DNA from: Octopus vulgaris
Lineage: Eukaryota
Direction of reading: 5' to 3'
Assembly: GCA_951406725.2 (NCBI GenBank)
Contig: OX597837.1
Coordinates: 12,400,001-12,464,000 of the forward strand
DNA length: 64,000 nucleotides
Part shown: positions 12,628-26,557 of the stretch, in pieces
How positions within the stretch are numbered: the stretch's first letter is position 1
Layout: the number at the start of each line of letters is the position of its first letter
Notes under the pieces: model-generated
What the model saw: the letters and a program-made list of their open reading frames with translations, nothing else
What the model was told of the DNA's origin: nothing
Database searches by the model: none
Made by a program: the position numbers and the translations under genes

Positions 12628-12631
<4 letters not shown>
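12428..12631. repeat. Hairpin insertion in (TA)n (arms ~12488-12558 / 12564-12631), unit 1 only
   Basis: AATTGCAGCGTGGAAGGTGTTTATAAG...CTTATAAACACTTTCCACGCTGCAATT; unit 2 has only (TA)n at this position. Confidence 0.85.
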
Positions 12632-12678
<47 letters not shown>

Positions 12679-13597
12679 GGTTTGTATGATTATGTATAGA
12701 GGGATATATATTATTCAAAGGAATTCCAACTTTGTCTGTTTTTTATGGTTTATTTATATTCTTTATAATATTAATGTAGAATATAGAATAAATAGTATAA
12801 ATAATATATATATAGTAAAATGAAATGAAGTTTTGATTGTCTTATTGAATAGATGAAATACTGAATATCAAATATTAAGGGACTAGTATACTTTCTTGCA
12901 TTTAAGCAGTCTTCAAGGTCCCAGGTTGTGACAGGAATGTTTCAACTGTCTATATATATATATATGTATGTATATGCGTGTGTGTGTGTGTGTGTGTGTT
13001 TGTCTGTGTGTCTAGCTGTGTCTGTTTCTCTTGACTTACCGGCTGTTTTGGTCATCTTCCTTAAGTTTATCGATATGCAATGGTAGGTGTCATCCGAACT
13101 TCAAAACAACGCAAACGGTCTATATACTTCAAGAACAGCTGCCATCTTTACTTGAATCCGTTCAGAGTAGTCAACTCTCCAACTGACTCAATAAAGAAAT
13201 ACTTTCAGCTGTAACTGGCAGACGTCATTAACATATCTACAATTTATTGAGGTTATCAAATTAAAGGACAGTGGCGTGACAGTTGTTTGTCTATGATTTT
13301 GAATTCATTATGCATAGCATATTTATATATTATCTCTGACTTTTGTTACATTTATTCATTTGGCCTCAATGTCCCTTTCCTATAATCATATTCCTTAAGG
13401 TGCATATTCATTGCCGAGCACATCTGTACGCCTTAACACGCCCTAACTTAAACAGATGGACACACAGACATGTGAACACAAGCACACACATATGTATATA
13501 TGTATATAAGCAAATAAAAGAATAAAATAATACACACACACACACATATACATACACACGTATATATACATAAATACACATGCATACATATACTCTA

Positions 13598-13750
13598 TAG
13601 GCGCATGAGTAGTTGTGTAATAAGTAGCTTGCCTACCAACCAGATGGTCCTAGGTTCAGTCCTACTGCCTGCCATCTTGGGTGACTTCTAGTATAGCCAC
13701 ACACCGACCAGTGGATTTGGTAGGCGGAAACTGAAAGAACCCGTCGTATT

Positions 13751-13816
<66 letters not shown>

Positions 13817-13955
13817 TGTGTATTTGTGTGTCTGTGTTTGTCCCCCAACATCATTTGACAACCGATGCTGGTGTGTTTACGTCCCCGTAAATTATCGTTT
13901 CAGCAAAAGATAAAATAAGTACTAGGCTTACAAAGAGTAGGTCCTGGGGTCAATT
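13598..13955 (+). mobile_element. SINE family A (3' end deleted relative to its unit 2 counterpart)
   Basis: Homologous to 22308-22722 but lacks the ~90 bp tail. Confidence 0.85.
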
Positions 13956-14473
13956 TCTAGCACTTAATGAGGGTCAACTTTACGAAGAACCGTTTTACGA
14001 GACCTCGACTTTACAAGTGTTATTTTATAGTAAATATAAAACGGTTAAGCTGCTATTTTGTGAACGTAGTGCAAAAGTTTCTACTACCATAACAAATGCT
14101 TCTGAAGTTTACCGAGAAATTTACAGAGAGCGAAAAAAAAGCTTGTAAGCAAACAATACTAGACTTGTTTTTTAAAAAGGAATCAACTAGTCCGTCTACG
14201 AGTGCTTGTGTGCGAGTCTAGTGCGAGTGAAAGTGATTCAGAAAACGATAATAATAATAATATTTTTTATTATAAATGATCTTGACATTTTTTTAACTTT
14301 ACATAAAATATTCTTTACATTCTGCTGTTGTTTTACTGACGGTTATTTTGGAGTAAAAATTTAATTACGATTTACAACATTGCTACTAAGTGAAATATAT
14401 GGTCTGCTTTACGAGATTTCGCTTTACCAGCGGTCTCCGGGATCAAATTAACACGTATATCGAGGCATTACGG

Positions 14474-14830
14474 TAGAGGTTTTGTTGGACACAGCGTGAG
14501 ACGACTGTTGTTATCGATAGGCTTAACTCATCGTTAAGTCAATACCACCATGACTGATATCCAATCTACAGTGGAGAAGTCTAGCCACTGGATTTGGTTA
14601 AAAAGAGACGATGAGCGATGGCTAGAAGTATATTGATTTCTCCATAACCAGCTGATCTAGCAAGCGGGGCCTCATGTCAGTGAGGGGGGCCGGTGCGCAT
14701 TGATGCTGTCGAGAGGTAGGCCCCGAAACGGCACGCATTCTCTCCTGATGACCCCATACACTTGCTAGCTTCCGGTATACGGAGCTTTTAACTGGTAGCA
14801 CTTGCATGTGCAAGTTGTTTGCAAGACATA
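14474..14830 (+). mobile_element. 5'-truncated HERO-like RLE LINE 3' end at the duplication junction
   Basis: Translation RGFVGHSVRRLLLSIGLTHR*VNTTMTDIQSTVEKSSHWIWLKRDDERW matches the HERO C-terminal pattern (GCRGF.G.S...EK.S.W.WLKR); a 3' UTR follows. Confidence 0.7.
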
Positions 14831-15351
14831 TAGTTGTATCAAGTATAAACAATGAAACATAAAGTTATAAATAATATTGCACAATATATTTTTTTTACTT
14901 TGATTGAAATCCCATTACAAAAATCCGTATCTAATACGGAGTAATAACAGGTAAGTTAATAGGTTTTTTCAAATAATTTTATTGTATTTTAAGGTAGGTT
15001 TTTTTAATTGCTTATATTATTTTATTGGATATAACTTTCTATGTGTGTTCCATACAATAAGGTTATCCTGAAATAGGAGTTGCGGTTTTATTGGTAAAAT
15101 CCCAAATTTCTAATAATATTATAAACGATACTGTTTACTTTGCATTAGTAAAGTGTAAAATAGTAAATGTCCCGATAACCTGGAATACTTATTCTTCCAT
15201 AAAATTTTAAATATATACACACGCACACACATATATATACATATTCACACACACACACACACACACATACACACACACACATATATATATATATATTCAT
15301 ACGCGCGTACAAAAACACACTCACAGACACACACACATATATATGTATGTA

Positions 15352-15412
<61 letters not shown>

Positions 15413-15473
15413 CATACATATATATATATATATGTCTGTGTATATATATATATATACATACAGAAAAAAGTAG

Positions 15474-16937
15474 CTAAGCCGTTTTGTTTCTTTTCGCGTC
15501 GTTTGATTGACCGGACGAGTCAGATCCCCCTATAATCGCCCATTCTTGGATTTCACCTCTTGCCAATATTGCGAATATTATTGCACCAAATACACAAATA
15601 CCACTGTACAAGGCAAACACGATCTGCCATTCTTCTTGTGTACCGTTTGGGGTTAAAGCTTTTGTAGTTAAGGAACTAATACTGCCGGAGAGTGCAGATA
15701 TTGCATTAGCAATTGAATTCACAACACCAGCAAAGCTTGGCGCAATGTCGATGTTATTAGGGATAACTCCCCCACTGGAAAATGACAGAGTGATACCACT
15801 GAGCAAAAACAAGACACTTATCAGAATGGTTTGGTCACATCTGAGAAATCCTATGGTAATCAGTATACATGCTGATGTAACCATCGAAAAAGTTTGGAAT
15901 AAAACGCGAACGGAACGGTTTGACAGATATTTCTTTGAACGCAAAATGTCTGCGAATTTTCCACATATCGGTAGAGCAAACATTTGTCCCATGGAAGGAG
16001 CAGACGACATTAAACCGTTCGATGTTGTTTTAATGTTTAAGGCTTCTTTCATATAAAGAGGTAGCAACGTCTGAAAGGACATATCTATCCAATTATAAGC
16101 AAACAAACCAATATTAATGGCCCAAACTGCAGGGGAAGAAAGCAGCCGTTTCCAAGGTACCTTTTGAACAGCATTTTTACATTTTATAGCGTCGTTTAAG
16201 TAGAAACGTTCTTCTTCACTAATAGCTGGATGAACGTCTGGATTATCGTAAACAACATACATCCACACAAATCCAAACACCAACGATAATCCACCAAATA
16301 TATAAAATATCGAACCCCATCCATTATCAAATCCATATACACAAAGGTAACTTGAAGTAGGAAAGGCTACAATATTACCGAGAATTTGACCAGCAAATGT
16401 AAGCCCAATTAATACACCGTTCTCTTCTGGAGGGGCCCAACGTCCGATTAGGAAAAAAACTGCTGGAAATATAGGTCCAGATGCCATACCTGTTAATATT
16501 CTTAGAGCAAGCATAAAGTAACCATTAATTCGAGTTAAACTTGGGTGAAGAATTGCTAGAATGGATGTTGAAAGAATTGAACCTGCAGCGGTTATTTTCC
16601 CACCATATTTATTTGCCAATGCTCCACCGAAAATATTAGTCACCATATATCCATAGAAGTATCCAGCCAGTATGTTTGATTGTAACGTGTCGCTCCATTC
16701 AAATTCTCCTTCTATGTTTGGATTAAAGGAATCATTAGCGAAACCAGAACAATATTGGTTGTTCGTAGTAACGTTAACTTCCTCATTTGTACGATTGGCT
16801 CTTTTCAACATACAAACAAAGGACATGCTCAGATCGATTCTTAATGTTTGCATGATAAGTAATGCCACAGTACAAGCGTAACATATCCTCCATCGACATG
16901 AATAATAACGCTTAATGCCACTGGTAAATTTCGACAT
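15474..16937 (-). CDS. SLC17/sialin-like transporter, copy 3 (intronless, intact, 487 aa)
   Basis: Full ORF with all SLC17 motifs; near-identical to copy 2. Confidence 0.93.
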   Translation of the reverse strand: MSKFTSGIKRYYSCRWRICYACTVALLIMQTLRIDLSMSFVCMLKRANRTNEEVNVTTNNQYCSGFANDSFNPNIEGEFEWSDTLQSNILAGYFYGYMVTNIFGGALANKYGGKITAAGSILSTSILAILHPSLTRINGYFMLALRILTGMASGPIFPAVFFLIGRWAPPEENGVLIGLTFAGQILGNIVAFPTSSYLCVYGFDNGWGSIFYIFGGLSLVFGFVWMYVVYDNPDVHPAISEEERFYLNDAIKCKNAVQKVPWKRLLSSPAVWAINIGLFAYNWIDMSFQTLLPLYMKEALNIKTTSNGLMSSAPSMGQMFALPICGKFADILRSKKYLSNRSVRVLFQTFSMVTSACILITIGFLRCDQTILISVLFLLSGITLSFSSGGVIPNNIDIAPSFAGVVNSIANAISALSGSISSLTTKALTPNGTQEEWQIVFALYSGICVFGAIIFAILARGEIQEWAIIGGSDSSGQSNDAKRNKTA

Positions 16938-19900
16938 TTCTGCAAATTCAAATTCTCTTTCTTCTCCTTATGCTGTGCCCGCTGTTTAAGATTATATTAA
17001 TTCATAAGTAATACAATCTTTTTTATATTTAAACGAAAACTTTAAGCCAGCGACTGCAGTTTATTGGCTTACTTGTATACTTTTGTCAAGTGACGTTTGT
17101 TAGTTTCTAATTCTTTTGCAATTTCAAAATAGAAAATATTTGTTTGATCTCTAACCGAATTACGTCTTCTTCCAAAATCTTTGATTACAATATCTTAGTA
17201 CAATTATATTTCACAGTACATTCGGGTAATGTAATATCGATAAACATGGAAGTCATTTGCCAATCACTAAAAAGGAAATATCGGCTCACAGTTTGGTGTG
17301 TGGTGACTTCGTTTCACCATTACTTAGGAATAGAAAACATCGCGTCAAGGAAAGAATACAGGCAAATAATAAAATAACAATGAAAATGAGGAAATGAGAC
17401 GGTAAATTATTGAGAACACAGATGCAGGAATTGTTTTGTAATCCGTAATGTTTGCAACAAGACTTAATACTCTCACTTCTAATTCTTTCTTCGTCTACAG
17501 TAACAGACGGGTTATTGAAAAGATGTGAGTTCAGTTCAACTTCGTTCGTTGATATGTTGGATAATTATTTTTTAATAAGAGCTCAGTGTAGCTGTGATAA
17601 AGGGAGATTGTAAATTCCTTGAAGGCCATGTTTTCAATACTGTTGCTGTTCGTTGTCCACTTATAGTTTATATTAGTGCTGTATAACTTTGTGATGGTGT
17701 ATATATTGTAGTTTCTATTCGAGGCTCAGTCATTCCATGTAATCCATTCCTTGCATTTAAAATGTTGCAGAAACTGAAGATCCATTGTTTAGGAAATATT
17801 AAGTCTGTGAGAAATGTCGGTGGATAGAAACGATGAAGTTGAGAAATAAAATTCTTTGTGTATTTCTTTATGTTTCTTTCCTTTATTGGAGAATTTTCTT
17901 CGTTCAGTTATGAAGTAATCGATTGTGCATCTCCTCAGATGTGAAATCCTGTACCATGTAAAAGAAATCAACATTAGTGAGATATTCCATTTAGATGTAG
18001 TTTTATCTTACATTCTTATCGCTTTATGATCTCTTAAGTGTAAAGTGAGAGATGTATGTACAATAACGAGAGTATACATAGAGAGGTATAATTACTGCAA
18101 GTGGCTGAAATATGAGAGCGTCACGTTACACGTCAAAAAGTATTTAGTAAAGAGTAAAATGAGAAGTTATGGTTTGTGAACAATAACTTCGGGAGTGTTA
18201 AATCAGAAAATAAAACGACAGGTCAAATTGTTATACATTTATTGTTTGGGCATTGCGAGCCCAAAAAACCTGGTGTAGAACTCCAGAACGAAGAGTTAGA
18301 CGAGCATTGAGAGGTAATAGGAAAAATAGACGACCAAAGGTATAAATGAGTATCTTATGAACACCATTAGTTCACAGCTGTTTCTGCTATAAGAGGGAGT
18401 GGATTTGTAGTTGAGTGTCTAAATAACAAGTTAAAGCTTCATCGGAACGTTGAATATGCTGTGCAATTTCTTTGGGAAAAGAATTACATTTCTGCTTATA
18501 TATGGAACATTGTTATCAATGAGAAAGTCAATATAGAAGACAGATATCTTATCGCCTGAGAAAGGCTCGTGTTTGCGGTAGATGGGTTCTACTTTATGGA
18601 AAATACATTCCTTCTCACCCGAGAGATAAGCTCTTACTCACGGTAGATGGGTCTCATTGCGTAAGAAACAGAACCGTCCTGGTCCCACAGGGGCTCTTGT
18701 TCACATCAGAAAGACTCCTCTTTACAAGAGATAAATTTCTTCACACTGGAAGATGTATCCCTTATAGGACGGTACTACTGATGCAGTATAACCATAATTA
18801 AGGTCTAGTTAAACTGCAAAGGAGAGGTACGGTGTTTGTATAACGTTGCAGCCTGTCTCTGTTTTAATAGAATTCTTTTTGTAATATCACATTGTGTTGA
18901 ATAACAGTGGTTTACAGAGAAATTGCGGTAAACATAAAAACAAAGAAAATGACTCTCCCCAGACACAATAGTTTAAAAATAGTTGTTGTAGCCTAATTTG
19001 GGGGTGCTGATTTCAGATACAAAACCAGTTTTCACTCATCACCGCTAGATTTTAATATATACATTTTTATGATTTTGCTACAATTCATATAACCATGAAT
19101 TGATCAGTTTTCATTTTATTTTCCAGATTTTTGCGATACGTAAGATACACATTTCTACAATGTGTAGAAATATTCTCAAAAGACGTCCTCCGGTGAGAAT
19201 GGACTGGGCAGTTCGTGTCGGAGTGCAGTTTAGTGCTAGTTTCCACAGTTCGTGTGTTGATAGTCGAAGCTGGAGTTCAAAGTTCGAGTTAGCATGATGG
19301 ATTGTTGGTTCTTAAAAGATTGTTGTTACGTTGCGTGTGGCTACTACAGTTTGTTTCGATCATACAGTTATTACACTGCTTCAGTGTAATCGTTTATCCA
19401 TAAAGATATAACACAGACATACGTACATATTCAATCCAGGAACGGGAAATATCAACCATGTACCTGATGCACAAAAGGGACAGAGACGCAGGAAAAGCAG
19501 TAAAATGTGACAACCGACGCAGACTTCGTGGAGATAATACCGAAGATATCACCCACATCATAAGCAGTTATCCGAAATTATAATCATGACATTATCTACC
19601 GATGAGACATGATGGTGTAGCTGGGATACTATATAATGAAATCCAGCGGACGGATAACCTCGAGAAATGGATCTTGAAGCACAATACAGCTATATATTAT
19701 ACATGTAAATAATATTTTCTGAAACGCATTTTTGATAGAAAATTACGAAGAATGCACGAGATGCATACCTAAAACCATTATTTCACCTCTCCCTGCTTTA
19801 TAATTCTCATGTTGTGAACACACACGCATACACACATACACACTTACACACACACACACACACTCTCTCTCTCTCTCTCTCTCTCTCTCGGTCTTTGTAT

Positions 19901-19977
19901 ATATCTACATATATATATATTAGATTTATCTTATATTAAACTTTTTAATACTTTTTGATAGTTATATATATTTAATA

Positions 19978-20070
<93 letters not shown>

Positions 20071-20239
20071 AATATTTATAAATATAAATTAATAATTTCA
20101 ATTTTAAATTTAAATTTAAATAATTTAAATATTTAAATTTTATATTTTATATATTTTGTATATTATATTAATTATTTTTATTTTTATGTTTTGGTTAAGG
20201 TTTTTCAGTGTTTGATTTGCCTAATTTATCTCTAATTTA

Positions 20240-20270
<31 letters not shown>

Positions 20271-20518
20271 ATGCAGGGGGCTTAATAGCAATCTAAACAC
20301 CTAAAGACAAATGTATTGACGTCAATAAAGTGAGAAAGGGTACAACGTTGTACCAGTATTGCTAGATATGACTCAGGGGTCGTTCTGACACTTATTTCTA
20401 GCATAGCGATGCTGGCACAACTTTGGACACTGTAACTTTAGTGACGTCAATCTATCTATCTATCTATATAAAATTAAAGAGTGCTTGCATGTACTCACAC
20501 ACACACACACAAACACAG

Positions 20519-20600
<82 letters not shown>

Positions 20601-20880
20601 ATGGCCTAGTGGATAAGGTGTTGTACTCACGATGGTGAGATTGTGGTTTCAATTCCTAGGCAGGAATTGTGTTCCTGAGCAAAACACTTCAACTCTCGTT
20701 CTGTGACCTCTTCGACCCCTGATGCGTGGCACCCCGGGCACCTGCTCAGACAATGTTGATTTGATGGAGAGGAGTGAGGTAATGTGCGGTACATACGTTT
20801 GATCATTAGAAATAAATCATTTGTGTAAGTCGTTCGACGAAAAAGCTGAACATCTATTCGTTGTCATCGACGGGAGAGCC

Positions 20881-20997
<117 letters not shown>

Positions 20998-21270
20998 AAA
21001 TTAAATGAGAGATAAAACCACTATTAAGCAAGTCAAACAGTGAAAAACATAAACCAAAACATAAACATAAATATAATTAATATAATATACAAAATATATA
21101 AAATTTTAAATTTTAATTATGTAAATTTAAAATGATTAATTTATATTTATAAATTTTTATATTTTTTAAATATTTTAAAAATTTTAATTAATTAATTTTT
21201 TAATTTTTTAATTTCTAAACTTTTTTGTATTTAAATATATATAACTATCAAAAAGTATGAAAAAGTTTAA

Positions 21271-21339
<69 letters not shown>

Positions 21340-21638
21340 GGGTTTGTATGATTATGTATAGAGGGATATATATTATTCAAAGGAATTCCAACTTTGTCTG
21401 TTTTTTATGGTTTATTTATATTCTTTATAATATTAATGTAGAATATAGAATAAATAGTATAAATAATATATATATAGTAAAATGAAATGAAGTTTTGATT
21501 GTCTTATTGAATAGATGAAATACTGAATATCAAATATTAAGGGACTAGTATACTTTCTTGCATTTAAGCAGTCTTCAAGGTCCCAGGTTGTGACAGGAAT
21601 GTTTCAACTGTCTATATATATATATATATGTATATATA

Positions 21639-21704
<66 letters not shown>

Positions 21705-22307
21705 TCTGTGTGTCTAGCTGTGTCTGTTTCTCATGACTTACCGGCTGTTTTGGTCATCTTCCTTAAGTTTATCGATATGCAATGGTAGGTGTCATCCGAA
21801 CTTCAAAAGAACGCAATCGGTCTTTATACTTCAAGAACAGGTGCCATCTTTACTTGAATCCGTTCAGAGTAGTCAACTCTCCAACTGACTCAATAAAGAA
21901 ATACTTTCAGCTGTAACTGGCAGACGTCATTAACATATCTACAATTTATTGAGGTTATCAAATTAAAGGACAGTGGCGTGACAGTTGTTTGTCTGTGATT
22001 TTGAATTCATTATGCATAGCATATTTATATATTATCTCTGACTTTGGTTACATTTATTCATTTGGCCTCAATGTCCCTTTCCTATAATCATATTCCTTCA
22101 GGTGTATATTCATTGCCGAGCACATCTGTACGCCTTAACACGCCCTAACTTAAACATATGGACACACAGACATGTGAACACAAGCGCACACATATGTATA
22201 TATGTATATAAGCAAATAAAAGAATAAAATAATACACACACACACACACATACACATACACATACACACGTATATATACATAAATAGACATGCATACATG
22301 TACTCTA

Positions 22308-22722
22308 TAGGCGCATGTGTAGTTGTGTAATAAGTAGCTTGCCTACCAACCACATGGTTCTAGGTTCAGTCCTACTGCGTGGCACCTTGGGTGACTTCTA
22401 GTATAGCCACACACCGACCAGTGGATTTGGTAGGCGGAAACTGAAAGAACCCGTCGTATATATATATATGTGTGTGTGTGTATGTGTGTGTGTATGTGTG
22501 TGTGTGTGTGTGTCTGTGTATTTGTGTGTCTGTGTTTGTCCCCCAACATCATTTGACAACCGATGCTGGTGTGTTTACGTCCCCGTAAATTATCGTTTCA
22601 GCAAAAGATAAAATAAGTACTAGGCTTACAAATAGTAGGTCCTGGAGTCGATTTGCTCGACTTAAGGCGGTGCTCCAGCATGGTCGCAGTCAAATGACTG
22701 AAACAAATACAAGAATAAAAGA
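22308..22722 (+). mobile_element. SINE family A
   Basis: Head, (TG)n core and GGCGGTGCTCCAGCATGG tail present. Confidence 0.88.
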
Positions 22723-24098
22723 ATGCACATTAATGCCTCACTTAATGAGGGTCAACTTTACGAAGAACCGTTTTACGGGACCTCGACTTTACAAGTGTTA
22801 TTTTATAGTAAATATAAAACGGTTAAGCTGCTATTTTGTGAACGTAGTGCAAAAGTTTCTACTACCATAACAAATGCTTCTGAATGTTACCGAGAAATTT
22901 ATTGAGAGCGAAAAAAAAGCCTGTAAGCAAACAATACTAAACTTGTTTTTTAAAAAGGAATCAACTAGTCCGTCTACGAGTGCTTGTGTGCGAGTCTAAT
23001 GCGAGTGAAAGTGATTCAGAAAACGATAATAATAATAATATTTTTTATTATAAATGATCTTGACATTTTTTTAACTTTACATAAAATATTCTTTACATTC
23101 TGCTGTTGTTTTACTGACGGTTATTTTGGAGTAAAAATTTAATTACGATTTCAAACATTGCTACTACGTGAAATATATGGTCTGCTTTACGAGATTTCGC
23201 TTTACCAGCGGTCTCCGGGATCAAATTAACACGTATATCGGAGCATTACGGTATATACGTAAAAACACACCCAACACTACGCACACATATACACATTACA
23301 CTACACACACATACACACTCACACATACACACTACACGCATACATACACACTCACACATTCACACAGATATAAGACCAATTCTCAGACAGACGAAATCAG
23401 AGTTTGGAGCGATTAGCGAAGTCACGAGTCTCTGGAAAGATCGTGAACATTGACGAAAGTTCTTTAATGAATTTAATTCATCTACACAAGGTTGCATCTA
23501 GCATCATTAATTTTGTATGATCTAGCATGACTAAGTAATTTATACTTTGACAAGGAAAATACTTTGACAAGGAAAATAACTGATTTTAAGAGATTAACTC
23601 TGTTTAAAACATATTCTGAAGTCCTCAGTAGCTGACCAATCACGTCTCTTATAAGAAACCAGTACAAATGATATTTTGTTCTGGAATTTAAAAAGAGACT
23701 AAATGTTTTTATATAATTGGGGGTGAATTCTACGAAATAATTCCTTCATATACACATTACACTACACACACATACACACTCTTCACGATCTCTTGAAGGC
23801 TTATAAATTCTGATGACGTAAACAAAACATTATAATACGTTGCTCTCTTTTCCTTTGTACTATTTAACTCAGTTTCCTATTGTGAAATCCTTATTAGCTT
23901 GGAAATGGATTTAACAGCTTTATTCCATTCCAATTGGTGTCATTACAAATCCAGCAAATTCTACGTCACAATATTTAGTTACTTAGCTATATATGTATAT
24001 ATATATCCTATATTCTACCAACACCACTATCAACTCTTACCTCTCTTTTGCACGCATATTTTTTTTCTCTCCTTCTTTCTGTGTTTTTTCTCTGTGTA

Positions 24099-24136
24099 TC
24101 TTTCTGTTGAAGAGCGTAGGCTCGAAACGTTAAAGA
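24099..24136 (+). ncRNA. Minimal hammerhead-like motif, CUGUNGAA variant
   Basis: ucuuu-CUGUUGAA-gagc-guag-gcuc-GAAA-c-GUU-aaaga. Confidence 0.6.
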
Positions 24137-24384
24137 CTTGTTTTATTTATATTTCCTGAGCGCCATACTAATACGATTGTTTGTTTGTATTCCACCTGCC
24201 TTCGTCTTTTGTTTATTTCCGTAAACCTGCCTTCGTCTTTTGTCTATTTTCATAAAGCTTCCCGTTATATATATTTATATATATATAACGGGAAAGTTTA
24301 CGAAAATAAACAAAAGACGAAGGTAGGTGGAGTACAAACAAACAAATGTATTAGTATGGCGCTCGGGAATAGAAATAGAACAAG

Positions 24385-24422
24385 TCTTTTACGTTTCGAG
24401 CCTACGCTCTTCGACAGAAAGA
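24385..24422 (-). ncRNA. Minimal hammerhead-like motif, CUGUNGAA variant
   Basis: ucuuu-CUGUCGAA-gagc-guag-gcuc-GAAA-c-GUA-aaaga. Confidence 0.6.
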
Positions 24423-24974
24423 TACACAGAAAAGAAACAAGGAGAGAAACAAGGAGAGAAAATAAGAAAATGGAGGACTGCGAACTTTATGTATGTACAT
24501 GCATATATATTTTTTGTATGATGTAAAAGGATAAAATCTCTTTATATATGTATATGTATTAATGGATGTTTTTTGCGCATGTATGTATATGCATGTGCAT
24601 GTATTTGGTACCAGTGTGTATATATATATATGTATGCAGATTTAGACTAAAGTTTCCATTTTCGCTGTATGATATATCAATATAATGACATTGTATATTG
24701 TGACATTGTATATTGTGACATTGTATATTGTATTTTATTTTATTGAATTAATGTACTGACATCTCCCATATGCATCTGTCTATATATTATGTTATACTAT
24801 ATTATATATTATATATTATATATTGTATATGTAATATGCAATATAATATATTATATTTATTATATGTTATTATGTTGTGTTTCACTGTATTATATTATAC
24901 TATATTTTATGTGGTATTTTCCATCTACTATGTATTGTGAATAGCAGGATACACATATTCCTTTAATGGTATTT

Positions 24975-25007
<33 letters not shown>

Positions 25008-25291
25008 TTAATAGTTTTTAGTAATGTAATACAATGAACTTTGGACTTTGTATATGTACCCTTTGATGTGGATATATATGTATACTCAAGTATATAGATT
25101 TGATTAACTGTAACCTTATGTGTATGTAAATTATTATGTATATACTTATATATATGTATATCTAGGTGTATATACACTTATATGTATATGTATATATGCA
25201 TATATGCATATTCTTGTATATGTGTACCTTGTTTAATATTTATATTTGCGTTTTATATCTTCATTTTATATCTTCCTAATTGTACTTTATA

Positions 25292-25308
25292 ATCTCTGAC
25301 GAGGCCTT

Positions 25309-25360
<52 letters not shown>

Positions 25361-25453
25361 TAACTCATTTTTTACTGCATATTACCTCAATACATCTGAG
25401 TAATATGGGCATAATGAGATACCCTTATCTACAGGCTGAAACAGCTGTAAGAT
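25292..25453 (+). ncRNA. Type I hammerhead ribozyme with (TA)n in loop II
   Basis: aucu-CUGACGA-ggccu..(~125 nt including (UA)n)..aggcu-GAAA-cagcu-GUA-agau; palindromic helix III ACAGCUGU. Confidence 0.75.
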
Positions 25454-25823
25454 CCATTTTATGTGTAATATTTTTATGGTATTATCTTACTTATTGATGT
25501 ATATTGTTTTATTCTGTTGGATTTGGATGTTCCTATTTAATATAAATAATTAGTTATTGAATTATATGAATTGGTATTATCTGGAAGTTGATAATTGAAA
25601 GAAATCTATTCCTCCATTTTCTTATTTTGTATTATGAATTTGAGGTAAATCATTTTACCTTCGCCCATCTAATACAATAAATGAACTAATTGCATTGCAA
25701 TTGTAAGCATTTATGTATTAGCCTTTTGGGTACTTTACTGGCAGTATATTGGATAAATGATATCCCATAGTGGGTTACACTCATAACCCCTATCTCACTT
25801 ATATATATATATATATATATACG

Positions 25824-25879
<56 letters not shown>

Positions 25880-25880
<1 letters not shown>

Positions 25881-26470
25881 GCTTTTATTCTTTTGCTTGT
25901 TTCAGTCAGTTGACTGCGGCTATGCTGGAGCACCGCCTTTAATCGAACGAATCTACCTCAGCACTTATTCTTTGCAAGCCTAGTACTTATTCTATCGGTT
26001 TCTTTTGCCGGAGTGCTAATTTACGGAGACGTAAACACATCAACATCAGTTGTCAAGCAATGGTGGGGAGATAAATAAAGACACACAAATTTACTCACAA
26101 GGCTTTGTTCGGCTCGAGGCCTTGTGAGTGGATTTGGTAGACGGAAACTGAAAGAAGCCCGTCGAATATATGTATATATACATATATATAGATGTACGTA
26201 TGTGTATGTGTTTATGCATCTGTGTTTGTCCCCCCAACATCACTTGACAATCGATGCTGGTGTGTTTACGTCCCCGTAAACACAGACACACACACATACA
26301 TATATACGACAGGCTTCTTTCGGTTTCCGTCTACCAAATCCTCTCACAAGGCTTTGGTCGGCCCGAGGTTATAGTAGAAGACACTTGCCCAAGGTGCCAC
26401 ACAGTGGGACTGAACCCGGAACCATGTGGTTGGTAAGCAAGCTACTTACCACACAACCACTCCTGCGCCT
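25880..26470 (-). mobile_element. Rearranged SINE family A (minus-strand copy containing a plus-strand internal piece, 26120-26280)
   Basis: Tail at 25880-26090 and head at 26280-26470 on the minus strand, with an oppositely oriented middle segment. Confidence 0.75.
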
Positions 26471-26484
26471 ATAAATAAAGATGC

Positions 26485-26557
26485 CTCCCCCGGCGGGAAA
26501 TCGAACCCCGGTCTCCCGCGTAACAGGCGGGGATACTTACCACTATACTACCGAGGA
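26485..26557 (-). tRNA. tRNA-Asp-derived gene with anticodon GTT (probable pseudogene)
   Basis: Minus strand TCCTCGGTAGTATAGTGGTAAGTATCCCCGCCTGTTACGCGGGAGACCGGGGTTCGATTTCCCGCCGGGGGAG is a eukaryotic tRNA-Asp body with GTC>GTT, C61>T and one extra G in the acceptor 3' strand. Confidence 0.88.

Larger units (their letters stand above)
4418..14475. repeat. Tandem segmental duplication, unit 1 (carries SLC17 copy 2)
   Basis: Colinear near-identity with 14831-23253, from TAGTTGTATCAAG to GCATTACGGTA. Confidence 0.93.
24055..24465. repeat. Fold-back element carrying two minimal HHR-like motifs
   Basis: Arms ~24055-24215 / 24300-24460; same family at 5457-5526 and 46420-46585. Confidence 0.8.

Noticed and set aside
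14685-14760. CCCGAAAC...CTGATGA in the HERO 3' UTR as a possible type II hammerhead
   Set aside because: I could not form helix III plus NUH or helix I convincingly.
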